Shown: one piece after another, positions 53,229-59,923 of the stretch
Position numbering within the stretch: position 1 is the stretch's first letter
Layout: each line of letters begins with the position of its first letter
Origin: Candidatus Woesearchaeota archaeon
GTDB taxonomy: Archaea > Nanobdellota > Nanobdellia > SCGC-AAA011-G17 > GW2011-AR18
Length of the DNA: 59,923 nucleotides
NCBI GenBank assembly: GCA_964524105.1
Contig: CAZGBX010000003.1
Span: 1 to 59,923 of the forward strand
Direction: 5' to 3'
The notes under the pieces: model-generated
What the model was told of the DNA's origin: nothing
The model's input: only the letters and a program-made list of their open reading frames with translations
Databases searched by the model: none
Translations under genes and position numbers: made by a program

Positions 53229-53642
53229 ATGAGATTTGGATATGTTGGGAGCAATCCCACTTACTATGTGCACGGGTTTCTACCATTTCTTGAGACTATG
53301 CTTCCTGCTGCAAGGATTGATTTTGGAGAGAGTTTAGGTGAACTTAGGCGGACTGCAGGAGAAAGAGAGTTAGTGGATCATTATGATGCGGTACTATTTG
53401 ATGTTCATGGATTTCTTGATCCGGATGATTTGAGGCTTGAAGAAGCTGCTGATAGGGCGGCTATGCTTGGTCAAGTTAGAAAATCAGGTGTTCCTGTTGG
53501 ATTAGTGATAGATAATACACCAACAATGTTGGAGGTCAGGTATTGTGAAGAATTGGACCTAGTTCCACTTGTGTTGCATCGTGAAACTGAACACTTGGAT
53601 GATAGGCACGGCCATTTCAAAAGATTTACTGATGAGATTTAA
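53229..53642 (+). CDS. Hypothetical protein; atypical composition
   Basis: 137 aa with a TATA-like box about 20 nt upstream. Asp/Glu/Arg/Leu-rich and His-rich, with very few Lys. Confidence 0.45.
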   Translation: MRFGYVGSNPTYYVHGFLPFLETMLPAARIDFGESLGELRRTAGERELVDHYDAVLFDVHGFLDPDDLRLEEAADRAAMLGQVRKSGVPVGLVIDNTPTMLEVRYCEELDLVPLVLHRETEHLDDRHGHFKRFTDEI

Positions 53643-53735
53643 TACTCAAACTCATCTTCTAGAACTCTAGGAGGTAAATCTTTCTCATATTCTTTAAGCA
53701 TGTCTAATGCTTTTTCCATTGGATCTTTTATTGAT

Positions 53736-53924
53736 TCATTTGTTATTTTTAATTGCTTGAGTAGGACAACACTCTATTGCCTCTTTAACTGATTCTTCAT
53801 CTTCTTTTTTTACTTCTGATTTTTTTAAAGAACAAACACCACCTTTTACTTGAAAGTAATCTGGAGCTATAGCTTCACAAGCACCACACCCTATACATTT
53901 ATCTTTATTTAATTTTAGTTTCAT
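53736..53924 (-). CDS. Small single-cluster ferredoxin
   Basis: CIGCGACEAIAP...CP motif, 62 aa. Confidence 0.75.
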   Translation of the reverse strand: MKLKLNKDKCIGCGACEAIAPDYFQVKGGVCSLKKSEVKKEDEESVKEAIECCPTQAIKNNK

Positions 53925-54277
53925 TCAAAACAAGCTTTGCAGCCACCTAAACATTTGTCTTCACAGTTTTGTTTGTGAATCTTACAGATTATTTTTTTGT
54001 TCTTTGCAACCTGTAATAGTTTTTGAATTTCTTTCATTGCAGAAACTTCATCTTTGATATTATTAATAGAATCTTTAATTTGTTTCTTGAATTCATTGTC
54101 GAACTTTATTTCTTTTGCTCTTTTTTTTGTTATGTAATTTGTGATTGCAGCTTTTGTTAATCCTAAACGTCTTGCAATTTCTGCTTGTTTTATTCCCTTA
54201 GCCTTCATAGCTAATGCAATCTCTTTTCTTATAGAAGGGATAATGTACCAAACCTCAATTTCTTGTCTTAATTCCAT
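53921..54277 (-). CDS. HTH transcriptional regulator with a C-terminal Cys-rich tail
   Basis: GIKQAEIARRLGLTKAAITNYI is the HTH. The C-terminus is CKIHKQNCEDKCLGGCKAC. 4-nt overlap with the ferredoxin gene. Confidence 0.6.
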   Translation of the reverse strand: MELRQEIEVWYIIPSIRKEIALAMKAKGIKQAEIARRLGLTKAAITNYITKKRAKEIKFDNEFKKQIKDSINNIKDEVSAMKEIQKLLQVAKNKKIICKIHKQNCEDKCLGGCKACFE

Positions 54278-54308
54278 TGTAATTGATGTAGGTGAAAAGT
54301 TTATAAAG

Positions 54309-54938
54309 TTAACGTTGTTTACTCTTTATTGCAACTTTATGGGCCTTATGTAATGGGAGAGGTAACTTATGATTTTTACAAACTTTTTCTGTTATTAATT
54401 TTGCACTTTCAATTGATAAGTCATTACCAGGAGTTACGTAAACTGGGTTTGCGTATTCTCTAGCTTTGATTGCAATCCCAACTTGTTTTTCTTTAAACAT
54501 TATTTTGTCCACTTCTAGATTACCAAAGATTAATTTTTTTGAAACCCCAATTGCTGGAATGTTTGACATGACACCAACATAAGTTGCCACACCTAACTTC
54601 TTTTCATTAATTATACCATTACCGTTTATCATTAAAATATCAGGTTTGTTTGAGAATTCTTTGATTGTGTTAATTATTGGAGTACCTTCTCTGAAAGCGA
54701 TTAAGTCAGGTTGATAGTTCATAGTAATTTCATTTTCTGTTGTTTTTTCTTCTAATATCTCTAAAGTGTTAAAGTCTAAAATTATCCCAACGCAAATTAT
54801 CTTATCTTCTTTGAAAATTAGAGAAAATCCTGCAATAGTTTTAATATTACCAATAGAAAGTTTATCTTCAGTTTTTACTTCTTCTAAAATCTTTGATTTT
54901 ATTGCATTCAGCTCTTTGAAATTAATGCCCCTTTTCAT
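54309..54938 (-). CDS. nfi: Endonuclease V homologue with substituted catalytic residues
   Basis: YQPDLIAFREG, PDILMINGNGIINEKKLGVATYVG, IPAIGVSKKLIFG and VYVTPGN align to EndoV motifs. Confidence 0.7.
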   Translation of the reverse strand: MKRGINFKELNAIKSKILEEVKTEDKLSIGNIKTIAGFSLIFKEDKIICVGIILDFNTLEILEEKTTENEITMNYQPDLIAFREGTPIINTIKEFSNKPDILMINGNGIINEKKLGVATYVGVMSNIPAIGVSKKLIFGNLEVDKIMFKEKQVGIAIKAREYANPVYVTPGNDLSIESAKLITEKVCKNHKLPLPLHKAHKVAIKSKQR

Positions 54939-55004
54939 ACTACATCACAACATTCAATGCCCCCAAAAAACTTATAAAAGGCTCGCCTACCCTTAGAATT
55001 GAAT

Positions 55005-55195
55005 AGCGAGATGGGGCAGATCAGTTGATTTGTATGAATCCGCTGAGTCCAATTAGGAGTGCCCGTCGAGAGGTCCTTATTCGTATGGATCTTGCGGAAG
55101 GCTCATAAGGGTCTAATTGACTCAGAGAAACCCGGAGAGATCATAAAATTGTTTTATGGTTCTGGAAGTCGGAGGTTCAAATCCTTCTCTCGCTA
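55005..55195 (+). tRNA. tRNA-like gene (probably CAU anticodon) carrying about 115 nt of extra sequence; intron architecture unresolved
   Basis: Acceptor AGCGAGA/TCTCGCT (7/7) plus discriminator A. T arm GGAGG-TTCAAAT-CCTTC. TATA box 25 nt upstream and T6 directly after. CTCATAA at 55102-55108. Confidence 0.55.
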
Positions 55196-55201
55196 TTTTT
55201 T
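55196..55201 (+). terminator. T-run after the tRNA-like gene
   Basis: TTTTTT immediately after the discriminator base. Confidence 0.4.
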
Positions 55202-55250
55202 ATTTTATAGTTAACTTTTTAAAATCCCGATTAAGTCAGTTTTAGTGAAT

Positions 55251-55325
55251 GGGCTGTTAGCTCAGTTTGGCTAGAGCACTTGGCTCTTAACCAAGGGGTC
55301 GCGGGTTCAAATCCCGTACGGCCCA
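55251..55325 (+). tRNA. tRNA-Lys(CUU)
   Basis: GGGCTGT/ACGGCCC acceptor, GCTC/GAGC D stem, CTTGG-CTCTTAA-CCAAG anticodon arm, GCGGG-TTCAAAT-CCCGT T arm. 75 nt, no intron. Confidence 0.9.
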
Positions 55326-55399
55326 TTTTTATTCATAAGTGATTATTATTAAAGTATAAAGATTAGTTTTAAGTATTTTTCTACTGTAAGAATACCACC

Positions 55400-55765
55400 A
55401 TGGTAAATAACCCAAATCTTGACCAAAGGGAAGTAGATGAATTAATCAGGGCCTTGAAGAAGGATGAGCTTCCAACAGTTTTAGAATGGGGAAATGGTGA
55501 CCAAGAAGAGGATGATTTTGCCAAATCTTTAGAGAGTAATGTTTCTCCTGATATGGATTTTACTTGGCATGAAGAAGATACAAGGGCTGAGGATGAAGAA
55601 GAGGATGAGTATCAAGTAGCAGGTAATCCTTATCAAGAAAAAGATGATTCTACTGACTTCTATAACACAGATAGTAATCCTGAAGACCTTTATGCTGGAG
55701 AAGTGAAAGATATTGGTGGATATGAATCAAGAACAAGAGATCAAGAAGATATTGGAAGATCGTAA
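55400..55765 (+). CDS. Highly acidic hypothetical protein
   Basis: 121 aa, Asp/Glu-rich, probably disordered. No family recognised. Confidence 0.4.
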   Translation: MVNNPNLDQREVDELIRALKKDELPTVLEWGNGDQEEDDFAKSLESNVSPDMDFTWHEEDTRAEDEEEDEYQVAGNPYQEKDDSTDFYNTDSNPEDLYAGEVKDIGGYESRTRDQEDIGRS

Positions 55766-55797
55766 TGTTTAAGAACTTCTTTGTTTGAAATTGTAAT

Positions 55798-56442
55798 ATG
55801 ATAGCTGGATTGGATGATGCTGGAAGAGGACCTTGTCTTGGACCGATGGTTATTGGTGGGGTTAGTGTTAGTCCTGAAAACTATGAGAAATTGAAAAAGT
55901 TAGGGTTAAGAGATTCTAAATTATTAAGTGCTAAACAAAGAGGAGATTTCTATGAAAAAATAATTGCAATTGTTGATAAGTATAAAGTTGTTATTATCTC
56001 TCCATCTTTGATTGACAAACATATATTTTCTGAAGATTCTAACTTGAACAAACTAGAAGCTATGAAGTTTGCTGAAGTTCTTAATTATTTGAAGCCAACT
56101 AGAGCAATTGTTGATTGTCCTTCAACTAACATTCCAGAGTATACAAAAACTTTACGTGGGTTCTTGAAGTTTGATATGAAGTTGAAGTGTGAACATAAAG
56201 CAGAGAAGCATGTGCCAGTTGCTGCAGGTGCGATCTTAGCTAAAGTTACTAGAGATAGAGAGATTGAGAAGTTGAAAAAGAAAATTGGGGTGAATTTTGG
56301 TTCTGGTTATCCGTCTGATCCAATGACACAGACTTTTTTGAAAACATCTTGGAAAAAATATCCTGATTTGTTTAGAAAATCTTGGGCGACTTATAAGAGG
56401 GTTGCTGGAAGTGCTAAACAGAAGAATTTAGGTGAATTCTAG
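55798..56442 (+). CDS. rnhB: Ribonuclease HII
   Basis: GLDDAGRGPCLGPMV, LRDSK and ...AGAILAK motifs. Confidence 0.85.
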   Translation: MIAGLDDAGRGPCLGPMVIGGVSVSPENYEKLKKLGLRDSKLLSAKQRGDFYEKIIAIVDKYKVVIISPSLIDKHIFSEDSNLNKLEAMKFAEVLNYLKPTRAIVDCPSTNIPEYTKTLRGFLKFDMKLKCEHKAEKHVPVAAGAILAKVTRDREIEKLKKKIGVNFGSGYPSDPMTQTFLKTSWKKYPDLFRKSWATYKRVAGSAKQKNLGEF

Positions 56443-56519
56443 TATAGGAAATGTTATAAATTTATCCTAGTTCTCAGGGGCTATGGCAAGTAAAGCAGAG
56501 AATTTGTTAGGAAGGGTGA

Positions 56520-56765
56520 ATGGGAATTAGAGGCACTTATTTAGCTAGAGGAGATGAACTTCAATTAGGTGTTGACCTTGAAACTGCTAGGCAAGAGTTT
56601 CTAGATTTTCCAGGGTTATCTAGAGATGATCCAAAGTATTTGGAAGCTGAGAGATTATATGCTGAATTATCTAGAGCTGCTGTTAGTGCCGGAGTTATTG
56701 AAGCTGAAGACTTATCTCTTGGTAATGGACAAGACACTTCTGTTTGGAGGGCACTTACTAGATAA
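56520..56765 (+). CDS. Hypothetical protein; atypical composition
   Basis: 81 aa, immediately followed by the next ORF (stop TAA, then ATG). Confidence 0.4.
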   Translation: MGIRGTYLARGDELQLGVDLETARQEFLDFPGLSRDDPKYLEAERLYAELSRAAVSAGVIEAEDLSLGNGQDTSVWRALTR

Positions 56766-57035
56766 ATGGTAATTGCAACTGATGAATTATGGCCGAGGAT
56801 TGCAGGAATTAAAGGGCTTTATGAGAGGGGAGAACTTGATGAGCTTGGTTTAGTTAGGGAGTTAACAGAGGTTAGAAAAGATTTGCCAACTGTTCTTTTT
56901 GGAACTTCTAATTGGGAAAGAAGAGTAAGATTAGAACGTTTATACGGACGAGGATTAAGACAGTATGATGAGCTTGTAAGTAACGTGGGTGATTCAGTGG
57001 CAAGAATGGAATTAAGAAGGCCTTCAGGACATTAA
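56766..57035 (+). CDS. Hypothetical protein; atypical composition
   Basis: 89 aa, Arg/Leu/Glu/Gly-rich. Starts at the nucleotide after the preceding stop. Confidence 0.4.
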   Translation: MVIATDELWPRIAGIKGLYERGELDELGLVRELTEVRKDLPTVLFGTSNWERRVRLERLYGRGLRQYDELVSNVGDSVARMELRRPSGH

Positions 57036-57078
57036 CTCCGGAAGCTTTTTAAAGGTTCTTAGGTTTTTATTTATAAAT

Positions 57079-57789
57079 ATGGGCCACGAGAGAGTATACC
57101 AAATAGTGATGAAAGAAGACGAGATCACTTGGCAGACTATTCTACAAGACTTAGTTAAGAATAAAGAATTAAATCCATGGGATGTTGATGTGTCTTTACT
57201 TGCGGAGAAATATTTAGAAACTATTAAAGAGATGCAAGAGATGAATTTGTTTGTTTCTGGAAAAATGTTACTTGCTTCTGCTATTTTACTTAAGATTAAA
57301 TCTGATAAATTACTTACTGAAGGAATTCCAATCTTAGATAATATCATGTATCCACAAGAAGAAGTACACCAGTTTGAAATGGATGGGCAAGGAAGGTTAA
57401 TCATGGATGAAAGGCCAAGGTTGACAATTAAAACTCCGCAAGCTAGGAAAAGAAGAGTTAATATTTCTGATTTGATGAATGCTTTAGATAAAGCTCTTGA
57501 AGTTAATGAAAGAAGAATTAAAAGGTTTGAAAGAAGAAACTGGGTTCCTGATGTTGTTATACCTGAGAAGGGGGAAGATATTGAAGTATTAATTTCTAGA
57601 TTATTTGATAAAGTTAAAGAGATTCTTTTAAGTAAAAACAAAGTTAAGTTTAGTGAGTTGATCCCAACCCAAAGTAAGAAAGATAAGATTTTAACTTTTG
57701 TACCATTATTACATTTAGCTAACCAAACTAAAGTTGATCTGTATCAAGAGACACATTTTGGTGATATTGATGTTAGTTTGAAACAATAA
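57079..57789 (+). CDS. scpA: Segregation and condensation protein A (kleisin ScpA)
   Basis: N-terminal ...ELNPWDVDVSLLAEKYLETIKEMQE... and C-terminal ...ILTFVPLLHLANQTKVDLYQE... are typical ScpA termini. TATA box 22 nt upstream. Confidence 0.75.
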   Translation: MGHERVYQIVMKEDEITWQTILQDLVKNKELNPWDVDVSLLAEKYLETIKEMQEMNLFVSGKMLLASAILLKIKSDKLLTEGIPILDNIMYPQEEVHQFEMDGQGRLIMDERPRLTIKTPQARKRRVNISDLMNALDKALEVNERRIKRFERRNWVPDVVIPEKGEDIEVLISRLFDKVKEILLSKNKVKFSELIPTQSKKDKILTFVPLLHLANQTKVDLYQETHFGDIDVSLKQ

Positions 57790-57829
57790 GCTTTAAATAT
57801 TGAAATTCTTTTAGATTGATTAGAAAAAG

Positions 57830-59278
57830 ATGGCTGGGTTTGGTTCTTGGATAAAAGAAGGAATATTTGGAATTGGAGAATATTTCTATGGGTGGTTTGT
57901 AGATTTGTTTTATAATGAAGATGCTAGGCATACTAGAGGTGTTAGAGGGATAGGTGCGCCATGGACAAAGGGGAAGGCTGTTGCTTTAGCTCCAGGAACA
58001 CTTCATTTGTTTGCATCTACAGAATTAATTCTTGCAGCATTATATGTTAAATTTAAATTAGAACCTTGGGCAGCAGAGGCTGGTTCTCTAATGGATAAGA
58101 ACGCTGAGGTATTTAAGATTGTTTCAGATCAGCGAGATCTGTCAGATAAGTTGGAAGAACAAGTTAGAAAAGAACTTGAAAAGCAGCTAGAAAAAAAGAA
58201 AGATGAAGCAAAAGATTGGGCTAAAAGCAAGAAAAAAGATTTTGATGATTGGGTAGATGATGTACTAATTGATGCAGGAGTAAAGGAGAAAAAAAAGAAA
58301 GGTAAAACAAAAGAAGAGGAAAAACCAGAAGCTAAGATTCTTAAAATAAAGGCCCTATCTGATGCTGAACTAGAACAAGTACATACAACAATTGGGCATT
58401 TTGATCACCCTAGATTTGTCCCACATTGGAATGGAGATGAACCTTGGAGACAAAAGATGGGTGACATTACAGGCGTTGTAAGCTTTATTGGTTTTGGGAT
58501 ACCAATTGGAATTATTACTGCTTTTACTGCATGGAGAATGTATAAAAGAAGAAAGTATAGAAAGAAGCAAGGTGTTCAAGATGAAAGGACGAGGAAAATT
58601 GCTAATGAACAAATTATTAGGGTTCTTAGACAAGTTAATCCAGCACTGTTAGGTGTTGCAGATGGGGTTGTAGGTGTTGCTGGAGCAGAGATTCAAGAGA
58701 TAAGTGGAAGATTACAAGCTATTGAAGCAAGAATGCAAGAGTCAAACAGAAGGTTTATTGATTTTCAAAAAGCACAAACAAGGCTACTTAAAGCTGCTAC
58801 TAATTTAGCTGCTGTTGGAGCTTTAGAAGGTCATCCAGAGAGAGAAAGATTTGAAGCTCAATTAGCTGGGATAATGCATGATTATGATGAAGCACTTGAT
58901 ATTTTTGAAAGGGCTGAACTTGATTTCGAGAATGAAGCACAGCATGCACAAGCAAGAGTTGTTGAAGCAATTGATTCAGCAGGTGAAGAGTTAAGAAGTA
59001 GAGCACCAGGCTTATCAAGGAGTGCACAAGAACAAGATCCAGAAGGACTTATGGCAAAAAGTCAATTGGCAGAAATGTTTAAGGATTCAGTTGTTGGAAG
59101 GTGGTTAAAAGATCAGTTTAGACCAAGAGGAACATTATCAAGAAGGCAAAGAGAAACGTTAGAATCAAGAGGAGAAGGACCAACCAGTATGAATGGAGAA
59201 GATGAAGGAGAACCTGTTCCTGCAAGAAGAAAACGTAGAACACCACAAGGCGGAAGTGATCCAGATAATATGTTTTAA
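57830..59278 (+). CDS. Large membrane/coiled-coil hypothetical protein; atypical composition
   Basis: 482-aa uninterrupted ORF with a central TM segment (VVSFIGFGIPIGIITAFTAW), Lys/Glu-rich and Ala/Arg/Glu-rich helical regions. Confidence 0.55.
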   Translation: MAGFGSWIKEGIFGIGEYFYGWFVDLFYNEDARHTRGVRGIGAPWTKGKAVALAPGTLHLFASTELILAALYVKFKLEPWAAEAGSLMDKNAEVFKIVSDQRDLSDKLEEQVRKELEKQLEKKKDEAKDWAKSKKKDFDDWVDDVLIDAGVKEKKKKGKTKEEEKPEAKILKIKALSDAELEQVHTTIGHFDHPRFVPHWNGDEPWRQKMGDITGVVSFIGFGIPIGIITAFTAWRMYKRRKYRKKQGVQDERTRKIANEQIIRVLRQVNPALLGVADGVVGVAGAEIQEISGRLQAIEARMQESNRRFIDFQKAQTRLLKAATNLAAVGALEGHPERERFEAQLAGIMHDYDEALDIFERAELDFENEAQHAQARVVEAIDSAGEELRSRAPGLSRSAQEQDPEGLMAKSQLAEMFKDSVVGRWLKDQFRPRGTLSRRQRETLESRGEGPTSMNGEDEGEPVPARRKRRTPQGGSDPDNMF

Positions 59279-59481
59279 TTTTTCTTAATTAAATAATAAA
59301 TTGCAGCTAAAACAAATATGATTTGTAATGGGATGAAGATTGGGTCTCTAATAGAAATGCTATAAACCAATAAACAAAGACCACCTAAAATAAAGAAAAT
59401 GTGCTCTTCTTTTCTATTCTTAACTAAAGTACCAATTGTGATTAAGACTAATCCTATCCCACCTAAAATCTTAAAGATCAT
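59275..59481 (-). CDS. Small membrane protein, unknown function
   Basis: 68 aa with 2-3 TM segments. Overlaps the upstream pheT stop. Confidence 0.45.
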   Translation of the reverse strand: MIFKILGGIGLVLITIGTLVKNRKEEHIFFILGGLCLLVYSISIRDPIFIPLQIIFVLAAIYYLIKKN

Positions 59482-59923
59482 TATATATCTCTGATAAGTT
59501 CAATTCTAAAATTGATACTGGCACTTCTAATTTGAAATTATTTAAAACTAATGGATGTACTTCTCCAATGTATCCCACTTTAGTTTTTGTTTTAATCCTA
59601 CCTGTTCTGCCCTCTATTAATGAAGGATGTTTAGTTACATCTAAAGAATAAGTTAATCCTAAAGCTGATGTTAATGCATCTAAGATTTGTTTTATTTTAG
59701 TAAAGTTTGCATCTTTTTCACATAAAACAATTGATAATCTAACTTGTTCTTTTACTTTTGTTTCTTCTTTTTCATCTTTCTTGAATACTCTACCTAAACC
59801 AAATAGATTTTGTGGGTATTCATGGTGTTTGTTATCTTCTAAGATTTGCATTAAAGATGGTGTTACCCATGATCTTAAAACATTAAATTCTTTACTTAAT
59901 GCATTAGCTAAAGGAACTAGTTT
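59471..59923 (-). CDS. pheT: Phenylalanyl-tRNA synthetase beta subunit, C-terminal part (gene continues beyond the right edge)
   Basis: ...LRSWVTPSLMQILEDN...FGLGRVF...GYIGEVHPLVLNNF... The frame stays open upstream of the track's Met through to the window end. Confidence 0.7.
   Translation of the reverse strand, partial: KLVPLANALSKEFNVLRSWVTPSLMQILEDNKHHEYPQNLFGLGRVFKKDEKEETKVKEQVRLSIVLCEKDANFTKIKQILDALTSALGLTYSLDVTKHPSLIEGRTGRIKTKTKVGYIGEVHPLVLNNFKLEVPVSILELNLSEIYNDL

Noticed and set aside
53640-53735. A 25-aa ORF (MEKALDMLKEYEKDLPPRVLEDEFEY) on the minus strand downstream of the ferredoxin gene.
   Set aside because: It is very short, has no promoter of its own and overlaps the end of the convergent ORF at 53229-53642. 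There is insufficient support.
55097-55108. A simple model for the 191-nt tRNA-like gene: anticodon arm GAAGG-CTCATAA with one canonical 37/38 intron.
   Set aside because: The only CCTTC able to pair with GAAGG is the 3' strand of the T stem. The sequence preceding the variable loop (TCTGG) pairs instead with CCGGA at 55132-36, so a single-intron solution fails.
74-59027. About 45 ORFs in the track lie antisense to, or out of frame within, well-supported genes. Examples are 74-424+, 1006-1281+, 1766-2047+, 3126-3494+, 6754-7173+, 8592-9101-, 12552-12890+, 27387-27800-, 28349-28753-, 28611-28862-, 48401-48664-, 57024-57641-, 58370-58633- and 58800-59027-.
   Set aside because: Their translations are low-complexity Ser/Phe/Leu/Ile-rich strings, typical of the reverse frames of Lys/Glu-rich AT-rich genes. 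They have no motifs and no promoter spacing, and each is fully overlapped by a gene with clear family signatures.
1-59923. CRISPR arrays, cas operons, reverse transcriptase/DGR elements, prophage or integrase-bounded islands.
   Set aside because: I found no regularly spaced direct repeats, no RT or integrase-like ORF and no att-like tRNA-flanking repeats. The only mobile elements I can support are the IS1634-like element and the MutS intein.

Overview
AT-rich (about 30% GC by eye), gene-dense archaeal chromosome segment. The gene content fits a small-genome, DPANN-like archaeon. It includes the rpoD-S11-S4-S13 and L21e-rpoF-DUF655 clusters, Elp3, archaeal DnaG, Rpp21, RpoN, intron-containing tRNAs, a stand-alone 5S rRNA and an SRP RNA. 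Most genes appear leaderless, with a TATA-like box 19-28 nt upstream of the ATG.

Recognisable content:
- Information-processing genes.
- A bacterial-type mutS-mutL operon. mutS is interrupted by a 444-aa LAGLIDADG intein inside the Walker A loop.
- A roughly 12-kb envelope and protein-glycosylation island (34.5-46.3 kb).
- One intact IS1634-like insertion with perfect inverted repeats and a target-site duplication.
- A DUF4258/DUF2283 toxin-antitoxin pair.
- The archaeal GTPase/DUF2073/Zn-ribbon triad.
- Several secreted or surface proteins.

I could not identify a contiguous multi-gene system that I can call novel with confidence. The signals most worth following up are:
1. A dispersed set of at least 10 ORFs. 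Their protein composition is foreign to the rest of the window, but their codons look native.
2. A 31-nt GC-rich element abutting the TATA box of two distant operons.
3. A 191-nt tRNA-like gene with about 115 nt of unexplained extra sequence.
4. A GC-rich structured island at 13.28-13.43 kb with no assignable RNA family.
5. An endonuclease V homologue with three of its four metal ligands replaced.
6. ArmA/Rmt-like and HPF-like genes, both unexpected in an archaeon.
7. A 44-bp perfect direct repeat bracketing a two-glycosyltransferase cassette.

All family assignments come from motif recognition by eye. No searches were run.
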